Shown in pieces: positions 8,598-17,174 of a stretch of 32,000 nt of DNA. The stretch lies in contig NZ_CP124549.1 of assembly GCF_030253515.1 (NCBI RefSeq), positions 60,001-92,000 on the forward strand. The letters are read 5' to 3'. The position numbers were made by a program, and so were the translations under genes. The DNA is from Candidatus Nanosynbacter lyticus (GTDB taxonomy: Bacteria > Patescibacteriota > Saccharimonadia > Saccharimonadales > Saccharimonadaceae). Under the pieces are notes generated by a model that saw only the letters and a list, made by a program, of their open reading frames with translations, was not told where the DNA came from and searched no databases. Each line of letters begins with the position of its first letter. Position 1 is the first letter of the stretch.

Positions 8598-9185
8598 TTA
8601 ACACTGCTCAGGTGCCTTACAAAAATGCTCGTGGTGAGTGACGGCCTCTAGCTGAGCGTACAGTTTATCTAGCCCACGGTCGTTCATCACAAAATAGTCG
8701 GCAATGGCGATTGGCCCGCCTTTTTCTAGGTTTTCAATTTCTGACCAATCGCGCTGGTCGACTTCGCGTGGCTGCATCGGCCGCTCGGGGCGTTTGGCCA
8801 TGCGTTGATAGCGCAGGTGCTTTGGTGTGACGACGGCGATGACGGACATCTGGCCGGGGAATTCGTGCTTGAGGATTTTATACTCGCTCCAAGTGTATAA
8901 GCCATCCAGGACAATTTTATTTTGTCCGGCATTGATCAAATCGCGAATGTTCTTAATTACGCGCTTGATAACGAAATCTTTGCCTTCGCGCTGGCGGATT
9001 TCTTCGCGGAATTTTTGCTGATTGTCCCAGGTTGGTTCAATACCAGCTTCTTCCATGGCTTTGTAAATAACACCGCCAAAATAAACTTTGGGGAAGCCTT
9101 TTTTTGTTAAATATTCGACGGCCGAACTTTTGCCGCTACCAGCCAGACCGACGAGGGCGATGATTTTTGCGTGTGGTTGTGTCAT
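8598..9185 (-). CDS. P-loop nucleotide kinase (dephospho-CoA kinase / UPF0200 adenylate-kinase-like)
   Basis: Walker A IIALVGLAGSGKSS at the N-terminus. The layout (GIEPTWDN...FREEIRQREG, VLDGLYTWSEY, RYQRMAKR...P, ERD..E...GGPIAIADY) resembles small dephospho-CoA-kinase-like kinases. The exact substrate is not determinable from the sequence. Confidence 0.7.
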   Translation of the reverse strand: MTQPHAKIIALVGLAGSGKSSAVEYLTKKGFPKVYFGGVIYKAMEEAGIEPTWDNQQKFREEIRQREGKDFVIKRVIKNIRDLINAGQNKIVLDGLYTWSEYKILKHEFPGQMSVIAVVTPKHLRYQRMAKRPERPMQPREVDQRDWSEIENLEKGGPIAIADYFVMNDRGLDKLYAQLEAVTHHEHFCKAPEQC

Positions 9186-9219
9186 GTTGCTAGTATAGCA
9201 AATTTGCTATACTGAGTAT
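9186..9219. promoter_or_regulatory. 34-bp divergent spacer: two back-to-back TGcTATACT boxes forming a perfect 22-bp palindrome
   Basis: The layout is CAT-gttgct-AGTATAgCAaatTGcTATACT-gagtat-ATG. The palindrome AGTATAGCAAATTTGCTATACT spans 9192-9213. Each -10 box lies 6 nt from its ATG (9185 on minus, 9220 on plus). Confidence 0.65.
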
Positions 9220-11754
9220 ATGAAACGTTTGGCGGTTATCGACGGAAAATCAGTGTTTTACCGAGGGTATTATGCCATGCCGGGGCTCAGTACGGCGGAT
9301 GGTACGCCGACTGGCGGGGTGTATGGGTTTGTAAGTTTGGCGATTGAGCTGATCAAAAAATTAGAGCCGGATTATGTGGCGGTGGCATGGGACAAGCGCG
9401 GCACCAACATCCGTAAGCGGCGGGAACTATATCCAGACTACAAGGCCGGTCGCAAGCCAGCACCGGATGATTTTTATCAGCAAATTCCGATTTTGATGGA
9501 ACTGCTGGATGCCTTTGGCTGGCCGCTGTATGAACTCGATGATTATGAGGCGGACGATATCATGGGCGCGTTTGCCAGGCAAGCGGAGGCGCGCGGCGTG
9601 CAGACCTGTCTGCTGACGTCGGATTTGGATGCGCTGCAATTGGTGTCGCCGCTGACCAAAGTCTACGCCATGAAAAATGGTCTGAGGAACATAGAGGAAT
9701 TTACGGCGGAATATTTTGAACAAAAATATGGCATTCGGACGGATCAGTTTTTGGATTTGAAGGCGCTGAAGGGTGATTCCAGCGACAATTTGCCGGGCGT
9801 GCCGGGAGTTGGTGAAAAGACAGCGGTGAAATTATTGCAAGCATATGACACGCTGGACGGCGTGTATGCGCATGTGGATGAGCAAACAGGCGCCCTACGG
9901 ACAAAGCTTGAAGCGGGCCGCGAGTCGGCGTATTTGACCAAGCAGGTGGCGGAGATTTGGACGGACGCACCGGTGGAGCTAGACTGGGAGGTGGCTGATG
10001 TTAACGACTGCGACTTTGCTAGAGTGGCGGAGATTTTGCGGAAACTGGAGTTTCATTCGCTGATTGGGCGATTGCCGAAGACAATGCAGGCGGTGGATGA
10101 GGCAGTGGAGACGGCGGAGTTGGAGTTGCCACGTGTTGAAAATTTACCGGCTGAGCCGCTGTTTGAGGCAGAAAATAGTATCTATATTGATCCATCGGAG
10201 CCGGACATAGTCTATATTAATTCCAAGCCTGGCGTGGCGTGGCGGGCGAAGATGAGTGAAATTGGCTGGTCGGTTTGGCAATTGTTGGCGCAGGGTGTGG
10301 TGATCGCGGTGGACGTCAAGGGGCTGTATCACGCGCTGGATACTCACGGTGTGACGGTGCGATTTCATGAGGTGTGGGATGTTGGGCAGGCGGCGTTTTT
10401 GATCGATCCACTGAGGCGCGACCGTCGTTTAGCGGCGCTGGCGGGCGATTTTTCTGAGGATAATTCCGCGTTGCGGCAGTTGGCGCGGCTTCGTCAAATT
10501 TACCGCCAGCAGCAGGATTATATGGCGGCGCATCAGCAGATTGCCAGGGTGCTTCGCGAGTTTGATTTTCCAGTGATTTGGCCGCTGTTTCAGATGGAAA
10601 AGCGCGGCATGAAGCTGGACACAGTGCTGCTTGAACAGATGGGTGAGGAGCTGAGGGCGGAGGTGAGCCAGCTTGAACAACAAATGTATACGATGGCTGG
10701 GCGTGAATTCAATGCCGCCAGCCCGGCACAGCTGTCTGAGGTGTTATTTACCAAACTTCAGCTGCCGACGACCGGTATCAAAAAAGGTAAAACCGGCTAT
10801 TCGACGGGGCAGAAAGAGCTGGATAAGCTGCGCGGGCGACACCCGATCATTGAGCTGATTGAGCGGTATCGGGAGCTGACTAAATTGATCAGCACCTACA
10901 TTGAAGCGCTGCCGAAATTGGTGGCTGAGGACGGTCGGATTCACACCACGTTTAATCAAAACGTCACCAGCACCGGGCGGTTGAGTAGTACCAATCCCAA
11001 CCTACAGAATATTCCGGTGCGCACAGAACTGGGCCGGAAGATTCGTCAGGCGTTTGTGCCCAGTCAGGGCAAGGTGTTTGTTGGTGTGGATTATTCACAA
11101 TTTGAGCTGCGGCTGGCGGCGGCACTGGCGGGCGATGAGCAGCTGATTAACGATTTTAATAGCGACGTGGATATTCATACCAAGACGGCGGCCGAGACCT
11201 ACGGCGTGCCAATGGCTGAGGTGACAAAATTGCAGCGGCGCGCGGCCAAGGTGATCAACTTTGGTGTGCTGTACGGCATGAGTCCGCACGGCTTGGCGGC
11301 AGCTACCGGCATGACCTTTACTGAGGCGAAACAGTTTATTGAACACTATTTTGCGGTACGCCAGCCAATCCGCCAGTATTTGGACACAATTTTAGTTCAA
11401 GCGCGTGAACGAGGTTTTGTCGAGACCTATTTTGGTCGGCGCCGACCAACGCCCGACGTTAAGTCGAGCAACTTTATGGTGCGTTCAGCGGCGGAGCGGG
11501 CGGCGATGAACATGCCGATTCAGGGAACGGAAGCGGATTTGATGAAGCTGGCGATGATTCGGCTGGAGGACAAGTTGGCTGGGCTGGCTGAGCCAGTCCT
11601 GCAGGTTCACGACTCAATTTTGGTGGAATGCGCGCCGGAAGACGCCGAGCGAGTCGGTGAAATCATGCGCAGAGAAATGGAAGGTATTTGTCCGGAGTTG
11701 CCAATTCGATTGAAGGTTGATATTGAAGTGGGGTATAATTGGGGTAGTCTATAA
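9220..11754 (+). CDS. polA: DNA polymerase I (5' nuclease + degenerate 3'-5' exo-like linker + family A polymerase)
   Basis: 5' nuclease/H3TH motifs (YKAGRK, DLKALKGDSSDNLPGVPGVGEKTA). Polymerase motif A VGVDYSQFELRLAA, motif B RRAAKVINFGVLYGM, motif C VLQVHDSILVE. The Exo I position reads AVDVKG rather than D.E, so proofreading is probably absent. Confidence 0.95.
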   Translation: MKRLAVIDGKSVFYRGYYAMPGLSTADGTPTGGVYGFVSLAIELIKKLEPDYVAVAWDKRGTNIRKRRELYPDYKAGRKPAPDDFYQQIPILMELLDAFGWPLYELDDYEADDIMGAFARQAEARGVQTCLLTSDLDALQLVSPLTKVYAMKNGLRNIEEFTAEYFEQKYGIRTDQFLDLKALKGDSSDNLPGVPGVGEKTAVKLLQAYDTLDGVYAHVDEQTGALRTKLEAGRESAYLTKQVAEIWTDAPVELDWEVADVNDCDFARVAEILRKLEFHSLIGRLPKTMQAVDEAVETAELELPRVENLPAEPLFEAENSIYIDPSEPDIVYINSKPGVAWRAKMSEIGWSVWQLLAQGVVIAVDVKGLYHALDTHGVTVRFHEVWDVGQAAFLIDPLRRDRRLAALAGDFSEDNSALRQLARLRQIYRQQQDYMAAHQQIARVLREFDFPVIWPLFQMEKRGMKLDTVLLEQMGEELRAEVSQLEQQMYTMAGREFNAASPAQLSEVLFTKLQLPTTGIKKGKTGYSTGQKELDKLRGRHPIIELIERYRELTKLISTYIEALPKLVAEDGRIHTTFNQNVTSTGRLSSTNPNLQNIPVRTELGRKIRQAFVPSQGKVFVGVDYSQFELRLAAALAGDEQLINDFNSDVDIHTKTAAETYGVPMAEVTKLQRRAAKVINFGVLYGMSPHGLAAATGMTFTEAKQFIEHYFAVRQPIRQYLDTILVQARERGFVETYFGRRRPTPDVKSSNFMVRSAAERAAMNMPIQGTEADLMKLAMIRLEDKLAGLAEPVLQVHDSILVECAPEDAERVGEIMRREMEGICPELPIRLKVDIEVGYNWGSL

Positions 11755-11766
11755 AAAGGAGGGTTA

Positions 11767-11774
11767 GACTAGTG
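11767..11774 (+). repeat. Left copy of the 8-bp direct repeat GACTAGTG bracketing the low-GC insertion
   Basis: An identical octamer recurs at 13623-13630. This copy overlaps the GTG start of the nuclease gene. Confidence 0.4.
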
Positions 11775-13544
11775 TCTGGATTTAAGGCTCGTGAAGCAAC
11801 ATTACAAAACTTATTTGACAGTGGTGACTATGATCAGTTTGTAATTCCGCATTATCAACGCAGCTATGTGTGGGGCCAGGACGAATTGGAGAATTTCTGG
11901 AATGATTTTATTGAACGTAAAGAAGTAGGACAGCTTTATTTACTCGGCTCAATCATTGTCAGTAGGACAAAACAAAAACGTTCTTTTGGGGTTGTGGATG
12001 GTCAACAACGTCTTATTACAAGCTCGGTGTTTATAACAGCCTTGAAAGATGTTTGGAGCGAAAAGTTTGGTCGTGATGAAGAATATTTCTCTTTAGAAAG
12101 ATTTATTAAAAAGAGGGTATTAGGGAGCAATAGTGCCATCTTTAAGATAGATGTTGCGGGCAGCTTGAAGCAATGCTATATTGACATGATTATTTCAGGA
12201 AGTACTAAAAAGGAGTATAAGAACGAAGATCAGAAAAATCTTCATCGTGCATATAATTACTTCAAAGATAAGTTACGTGACTCGTATGATGCAAATCAAG
12301 CTAATGATAATCAACGAAAAAAGTTGCTGCTACAAAAACTTGAGAATCTTCTAGATACTAATCTAGTGCTGGTTATTCTTGATGATGAGGACGATGCTTA
12401 CGAAGTGTTTGAGGGGTTCAATGCTCGTGGCGTAGATCTTTCTATCTCGGACTTGTTTAAAAACCTTTTTCTACAAAAGATAAAAGGAACAGAAGAAGAA
12501 AAAACAAGAGCGCTTGAAGAGTGGGATAATATTATTCAGATAGTTACAGAATTGCGGATCCCAAAGTTTACGATCAATACGTTTATTAGGTATTATTGGA
12601 TAAGAAACCACTCGTTTATAGGCGAGCGTCAGCTTTACAAGAAAATTAAGAAAGAAACGAAGAACTATAGGGAATTGCTATCTGATATGCATCAGATAGC
12701 AGAAGCTTTAAGGGTATTATTTAATGGATCACCGTATGAGATAAGGGATTTTCTTGGGCACCCGGAGGCGAAAGCAGAATATGCAAAATCTATAAGTGAC
12801 TCATTACGTGCTTTGAGGGTTATGAATACTCAGAGCTATATGGTTTGGCTGATGTCTATAGCAGCTAAGCGAAATAAAGAATTTATTAGTCTTAAGATGT
12901 TTGCTCGATCGCTTGGTCAAATAGAAAGATTTTCATTTAGGTATTTTGTAGTTTCAAAATTACCAGCAAATCGTGTTGAAAAAATGTATGCTAAATTTTC
13001 AAATGAATTATTTAAATTGTCCGATATTCGAGATAAACAAAGAATAGCAACTTTATTAGATAAGGGGATCTTGGACAGAATTGAACAAGATAAACTTCTA
13101 CCTCCAAGAGAACAGTTTATTGCTGATTTTGGTTTATTGTGCCTAAAACCTAATAATAATAAAAATCTTGTTCGGTACATTTTAACCCAAATAGAAAATC
13201 AGTTAAGCAGCGGCGAGAAGGGCGTTACTCAAGAAGTTGTTACAATTGAGCATATTATGCCCCAGAGGTTAAACAAGGGGTGGAATATATCGCAAACCGA
13301 TCATAAAAACTGTGTTAATATGCTTGGTAATTTGACAATCCTAAAAGGTGCGTCAAACTCATCTGCAAGCAATAAAGCAATTAACGAAAAGATTCGTCAT
13401 TTTAAAGATTCAGACTTAAAGATGAATGGTGATCTGGTTGATCTAATAAATAAAAAAAGCGATTGGGGTAAAGACGAAATAATAGAAAGACAAAATGCTT
13501 TTGCAGAAGCATCTGATGGTATCTGGTCTGTAGATAAAAGATAA
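11772..13544 (+). CDS. GmrSD-type nuclease (N-terminal DUF262/ParB-like NTPase domain + C-terminal DUF1524 His-Me/HNH nuclease domain); candidate type IV modification-dependent restriction enzyme
   Basis: DUF262 motifs FVIPHYQRSYVWGQDELENFWNDF and VVDGQQRL. DUF1524 motifs VTIEHIMPQ and NMLGNLTILKGASNSSASNK. GTG start lies 9 nt after a strong SD AGGAGG (11757-11762). GC is much lower than in the neighbours. Confidence 0.85.
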   Translation: MSGFKAREATLQNLFDSGDYDQFVIPHYQRSYVWGQDELENFWNDFIERKEVGQLYLLGSIIVSRTKQKRSFGVVDGQQRLITSSVFITALKDVWSEKFGRDEEYFSLERFIKKRVLGSNSAIFKIDVAGSLKQCYIDMIISGSTKKEYKNEDQKNLHRAYNYFKDKLRDSYDANQANDNQRKKLLLQKLENLLDTNLVLVILDDEDDAYEVFEGFNARGVDLSISDLFKNLFLQKIKGTEEEKTRALEEWDNIIQIVTELRIPKFTINTFIRYYWIRNHSFIGERQLYKKIKKETKNYRELLSDMHQIAEALRVLFNGSPYEIRDFLGHPEAKAEYAKSISDSLRALRVMNTQSYMVWLMSIAAKRNKEFISLKMFARSLGQIERFSFRYFVVSKLPANRVEKMYAKFSNELFKLSDIRDKQRIATLLDKGILDRIEQDKLLPPREQFIADFGLLCLKPNNNKNLVRYILTQIENQLSSGEKGVTQEVVTIEHIMPQRLNKGWNISQTDHKNCVNMLGNLTILKGASNSSASNKAINEKIRHFKDSDLKMNGDLVDLINKKSDWGKDEIIERQNAFAEASDGIWSVDKR

Positions 13545-13622
13545 ATACTGCCCTAAGTAAGGTAATATTAAGGTATTAGTATGCTAATCTGACTGTACTA
13601 AATAATGTAGGATATCCCTGGT

Positions 13623-13630
13623 GACTAGTG
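13623..13630 (+). repeat. Right copy of the 8-bp direct repeat GACTAGTG
   Basis: Identical to 11767-11774. It sits at the point where AT-rich insert sequence gives way to the promoter of the next native gene. Confidence 0.4.
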
Positions 13631-13647
13631 CAAAAAATCTAATATTA

Positions 13648-13656
13648 TGGTATAAT
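13648..13656 (+). promoter_or_regulatory. Extended -10 TGgTATAAT, leaderless-type
   Basis: A 6-nt spacer (CGCCCC) separates it from ATG 13663. Confidence 0.55.
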
Positions 13657-13662
13657 CGCCCC

Positions 13663-14310
13663 ATGAGGCGTACGTATAATTCTTTTAATTCCTTTTCTCG
13701 GTTTGTGCCGATTTTACTAGTCATCATTATCACTATCGTGACGATCGTCGCAATTATCAGCATCAGCCGGTCGATATTTGGTGGCGACGAGCAAAAACAG
13801 CAGCAGGAGACGACTGAGCAGAAAAAAAGCGACTTGCTACAAACCGACGAGAGTCGAGCGGTCAGACTGACAGTGCGTGGCCCGATCGTCGCTAATGAGA
13901 AATTCCGTTCGTATCAAATAACCATTGCGCCGTCGTCGCGGGTGATGACGACGTATGAAGGATATGTCGAGAAGCAGCTGAACACCAAGCAGCTGAATAA
14001 TAACGCCAAGGCTTATGAAGAGTTGGTGTACGCACTGGATAAGCGCAAGATGATGGAAGGGCGACAGCTGAGCGATGAGCAGAATGACCTGCGCGGTATT
14101 TGTGCGACGGGCAAGGTGTATAAATTTGAATTGTTGATGAATGGAACATCGATCAAGGCGCTGTGGACGTCGGATTGTAGTGGTTCTAAAGGCTCGGCGG
14201 TTGCTAATGTCGAGGAAATCGTCGATATGTTTATCAAGCAAATCCCTGACGGTAGCAAAATGGCCACCGCTATCGGGCTGTACCAGCGGGATACGCTGTT
14301 CAAGTTTTAG
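13663..14310 (+). CDS. Hypothetical single-pass membrane protein
   Basis: MRRTYNSFNSFSRF followed by a TM (VPILLVIIITIVTIVAIISI), then a polar ectodomain with two Cys. The ORF-track start GTG 13621 reads through the -10 box, so ATG 13663 is preferred. Confidence 0.75.
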   Translation: MRRTYNSFNSFSRFVPILLVIIITIVTIVAIISISRSIFGGDEQKQQQETTEQKKSDLLQTDESRAVRLTVRGPIVANEKFRSYQITIAPSSRVMTTYEGYVEKQLNTKQLNNNAKAYEELVYALDKRKMMEGRQLSDEQNDLRGICATGKVYKFELLMNGTSIKALWTSDCSGSKGSAVANVEEIVDMFIKQIPDGSKMATAIGLYQRDTLFKF

Positions 14311-14319
14311 GGGCGTCTG

Positions 14320-15207
14320 ATGCCGGAACTTCCCGAAGTCGAAACAGTTCGCAGCGGTTTGGCGGAGCTACTGCCGGGTCGAGTGGTGGCGCGAGTGGCA
14401 GTGTTTGATTCGCCAAAAAGCTTTCCGAATGCGCCGGCTGATGTTGAACAATTTTTGTATGGTGCGCGCGTGACGGCGGTGCGGCGGCGAGCGAAAGTAC
14501 TGATGATTGATCTGGACACTCGCTACTCGCTGGTGGTGCATTTGAAGATGACGGGGCAGCTTATCTTTCGTGGGCAAGAAAGTTTTGCTGGCGGGCATCC
14601 AAACGATAGTTTGATTGGCAAGCTGCCGGATCGGTCGACGCGGGTGCAGATTGATTTTATCGATGGGTCACGGCTGTTTTTCAACGATCAACGTAAGTTT
14701 GGTTGGGTAAAATTGCTGCCGACTGATGAGGTGAAGAACTTGCCGTTCATGCAAAAAGTAGGGCCGGAACCGCTTGATCCTCAGACACGCGCCGAGGATT
14801 TCATCCAGCGGATTCGTCACCGTCAAAACTCGATGATTAAGCCGGCTTTTCTTGACCAGACGGTGATCGCTGGGGTTGGCAATATTTATGCTGACGAGGC
14901 ATTGTGGGCGGCGCAGATTCATCCACAGACGCGGGTGAAAAACGTTAGCGACCAGCAGCTGAATACATTATTTACTGAGCTACGGCGCATCTTGCAACTC
15001 AGTATTGATCAGGGCGGCTCGACTGATAAAAATTACGTTGATGCCGAGGGTCGAAAAGGAAATTATCTAACATTTGCTCATGTGTTTCGCCGCGAAGGTC
15101 AAGCCTGCCATCGCCACCCCGACCAAGAAATCATCAAGCTAAAAGTCGGCGGTCGCGGTACGCATATTTGTCCAGTGTGCCAGAAGACACCGATATTTGA
15201 CAAATAG
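14320..15207 (+). CDS. mutM: Formamidopyrimidine-DNA glycosylase (Fpg/MutM)
   Basis: N-terminal MPELPEVETV (catalytic Pro2/Glu3), H2TH region (FLDQTVIAGVGNIYADEALW), and a C-terminal zinc finger CHRH...CPVC. ATG lies 9 nt after the upstream stop, so the gene is probably co-transcribed. Confidence 0.92.
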   Translation: MPELPEVETVRSGLAELLPGRVVARVAVFDSPKSFPNAPADVEQFLYGARVTAVRRRAKVLMIDLDTRYSLVVHLKMTGQLIFRGQESFAGGHPNDSLIGKLPDRSTRVQIDFIDGSRLFFNDQRKFGWVKLLPTDEVKNLPFMQKVGPEPLDPQTRAEDFIQRIRHRQNSMIKPAFLDQTVIAGVGNIYADEALWAAQIHPQTRVKNVSDQQLNTLFTELRRILQLSIDQGGSTDKNYVDAEGRKGNYLTFAHVFRREGQACHRHPDQEIIKLKVGGRGTHICPVCQKTPIFDK

Positions 15208-15217
15208 TAGTTTATAG

Positions 15218-15225
15218 TGTAGAAT
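15218..15225 (+). promoter_or_regulatory. -10 box TGTAGAAT, leaderless-type
   Basis: An 8-nt spacer separates it from ATG 15234. It lies 10 nt after the mutM stop. Confidence 0.45.
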
Positions 15226-15233
15226 ACAATATT

Positions 15234-16115
15234 ATGACAAGAGGAGAGCACCCATTACATGGTGAATTTGATCGGCCAAGGGCTAATTTAGATCAAGAGT
15301 GGGTAAAATACCTGATAGCGATGGGGGAAGGAGAAGAGACAGTCTCCGGACTTAGAGAGGCTCGGCTGAAGGTCAATGGCATGCTAGACAAGCACGAAGT
15401 GGACACAATTTATCGGCCAGGATTGAGCGGAGAAGAGCTGCTTGAGCGAGGGAGGGGCGTTCTTAATAGTGGTCTACGACGCCTAGAAAGTAATGATTTT
15501 AGCACGTTGGATTTATCAGATTATGAAGGCCATTGCAATGGTGATCCAGAACTAAAGAGGACAACCGCTCGACAAGTAATAATGTATCAAATTCTCGAGC
15601 GTGTCTTGATGGAGAGATCCGCGATAGGCGTGTCGTTAGTTGAAATGGCTTCTCGTACAATAACAGGTAATACGATTGAACCAATGAGGAAAATAGTCGT
15701 GATCACAGAGCGTCTGCTCGACCTTAAGGAGACGGTCCGCTCGCCTTGGTTTGGTTTTCTCAATGAAGTACTTGGTGGTGAGGATGTTTCGCCAGAACAG
15801 GTGGAACAGGCAATGAAGACTCAAGCCGCCGCCAATAAGACAGGGGATCAGGATGCTAAATTTCTCGAGCTTCTTGATGGTATATTTATGGAAACTGGTG
15901 GCGGGCTCTCTGATGAGCAGATGTTGTCTGTGGCAAGCAATGTGACTAGCCTTGCGGTCATAGAAGAGAAGGGCGGTCAGGGTCATAAAGAGGGGTTCTT
16001 ATACTCAAATTATATGGCAGAACTGAAGGGTATTGGCTTATCCGATCAGCAAATCACTGAGCTAATAGCTGCACATAAAGAGATTATGCAAAAGCCGAGT
16101 AACGCGGAAGAATAA
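15234..16115 (+). CDS. Hypothetical soluble acidic protein (orphan)
   Basis: 293-aa ORF with no TM and no recognisable motif. GC is lower than in flanking mutM/holA (27/60 in the hand-counted line 15241-15300). Confidence 0.7.
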   Translation: MTRGEHPLHGEFDRPRANLDQEWVKYLIAMGEGEETVSGLREARLKVNGMLDKHEVDTIYRPGLSGEELLERGRGVLNSGLRRLESNDFSTLDLSDYEGHCNGDPELKRTTARQVIMYQILERVLMERSAIGVSLVEMASRTITGNTIEPMRKIVVITERLLDLKETVRSPWFGFLNEVLGGEDVSPEQVEQAMKTQAAANKTGDQDAKFLELLDGIFMETGGGLSDEQMLSVASNVTSLAVIEEKGGQGHKEGFLYSNYMAELKGIGLSDQQITELIAAHKEIMQKPSNAEE

Positions 16116-16151
16116 ATCAGTACACCGAAAGGCATGGCTTAAGGGGGTATT

Positions 16152-16160
16152 TGGTATAAT
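16152..16160 (+). promoter_or_regulatory. Extended -10 TGgTATAAT, leaderless-type, for holA
   Basis: A 6-nt spacer (TAAGTC) separates it from GTG 16167. Confidence 0.55.
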
Positions 16161-16166
16161 TAAGTC

Positions 16167-17078
16167 GTGATCTATCTCTTTTATGGCGACAACGAATTTG
16201 AGAAACGGGCGGCGCTTGCGGCGCTGGTTGGTGATATGGAGGTGGTGCGGCGTGACGGTGAAGAACTGACGGCCGCCGAGGTCTGTGAGGTGGTGATGGG
16301 GCAAAGTTTGTTCGCCGTCAAGCAAGCAGTGGTCATTACTGATGCGAGTCAGAATGTGGCTCTGTGGCGTGATTTGCCGGAGCTACTGGGTGATACGGCA
16401 ACCACGGTTGTCCTTCTGGAGACGAAGCTTGATAAGCGCACAAAAACGTATAAGTGGCTGCAAAGCCATGCCGAGGTAAGGGAATACGCTCATTTCACTG
16501 AACGTCAAAAGCCGCAGCTGAGCGCCTGGTGTGTTGAGCGGGCCACGGTGTATGGGGCCGTGTTGACAGAGGCACAGGCAACAACGTTGATCGATCGGTT
16601 GGGGTTTGACCAGCTGCGACTTGATTTGGTGTTGCAGCAGTTAGCCTTGGCTGGCGAGTCGAATGATGAGCTGATTGATATGCTGGTGCCGCTCGCTCCG
16701 GCTGAAAGTGCGTTTGAGCTGTTTGCGGCGATGATGGATGGTGACCAGGGAAAAGTGCGCGCGATCATTACCTATCTCGAGGCGGAGAGCGGTGATGATG
16801 GGGCGTACCAGACGCTGGGGTTGTTGGTTTCACAGTTGGTGCAGCTGAACGCGTTGGTGCTATCTGGTGGTGATACGGAGGCGGTGGCTCGTGATTTTGC
16901 GGCCCATCCGTATGCGCTAAGAAAGGTAGCGCCGTATGCAGCGCGGACGACATCGACGCAACTTGCGGTAATTAACTCTGCCTTGGCGCAGGCTGATGAA
17001 CATATGAAGACAACCCGTGTGTCGCCGTGGCTGTTGGTTGAGGCGGCGCTGATTGATGTGACTAGGATAGATCGCTAA
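16167..17078 (+). CDS. holA: DNA polymerase III delta subunit
   Basis: The N-terminus IYLFYGDNEFEK matches the typical HolA start (.YL.YGEE..L). Size (~300 aa) and the helical C-terminal domains fit. Overall similarity was judged by eye only. Confidence 0.72.
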   Translation: MIYLFYGDNEFEKRAALAALVGDMEVVRRDGEELTAAEVCEVVMGQSLFAVKQAVVITDASQNVALWRDLPELLGDTATTVVLLETKLDKRTKTYKWLQSHAEVREYAHFTERQKPQLSAWCVERATVYGAVLTEAQATTLIDRLGFDQLRLDLVLQQLALAGESNDELIDMLVPLAPAESAFELFAAMMDGDQGKVRAIITYLEAESGDDGAYQTLGLLVSQLVQLNALVLSGGDTEAVARDFAAHPYALRKVAPYAARTTSTQLAVINSALAQADEHMKTTRVSPWLLVEAALIDVTRIDR

Positions 17079-17101
17079 GCCAGCATAAGCCATTTATATG
17101 C

Positions 17102-17130
17102 TTGACAAAATAAGTATGATATAGTACAAT
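17102..17130 (+). promoter_or_regulatory. Sigma-70-type promoter for the 17175 gene
   Basis: TTGACA (17102-17107), a 17-nt spacer, then TACAAT (17125-17130). A ~40-nt leader with SD AAGGA follows. Confidence 0.6.
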
Positions 17131-17174
17131 GCAAACTACTATTAGTTTACTAGAAAGGTAAAAAGGAATTAGCC

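Noticed and set aside
13545-13662. Possible tRNA or small RNA genes in the longer spacers (13545-13662, 18466-18635, 22548-22667, 24078-24205, 27905-28044)
   Set aside because: I could find no T-loop (GTTCRANYC-type) box, no acceptor-stem complementarity and no cloverleaf. Each spacer is accounted for by promoters and leaders. No CRISPR-like repeats occur anywhere in the window.
17082-17102. Hairpin AGCATA...TATGCT after holA as a terminator
   Set aside because: It has only a 6-bp AT-rich stem with a 9-nt loop and no T-run, and it overlaps the -35 box of the next promoter.
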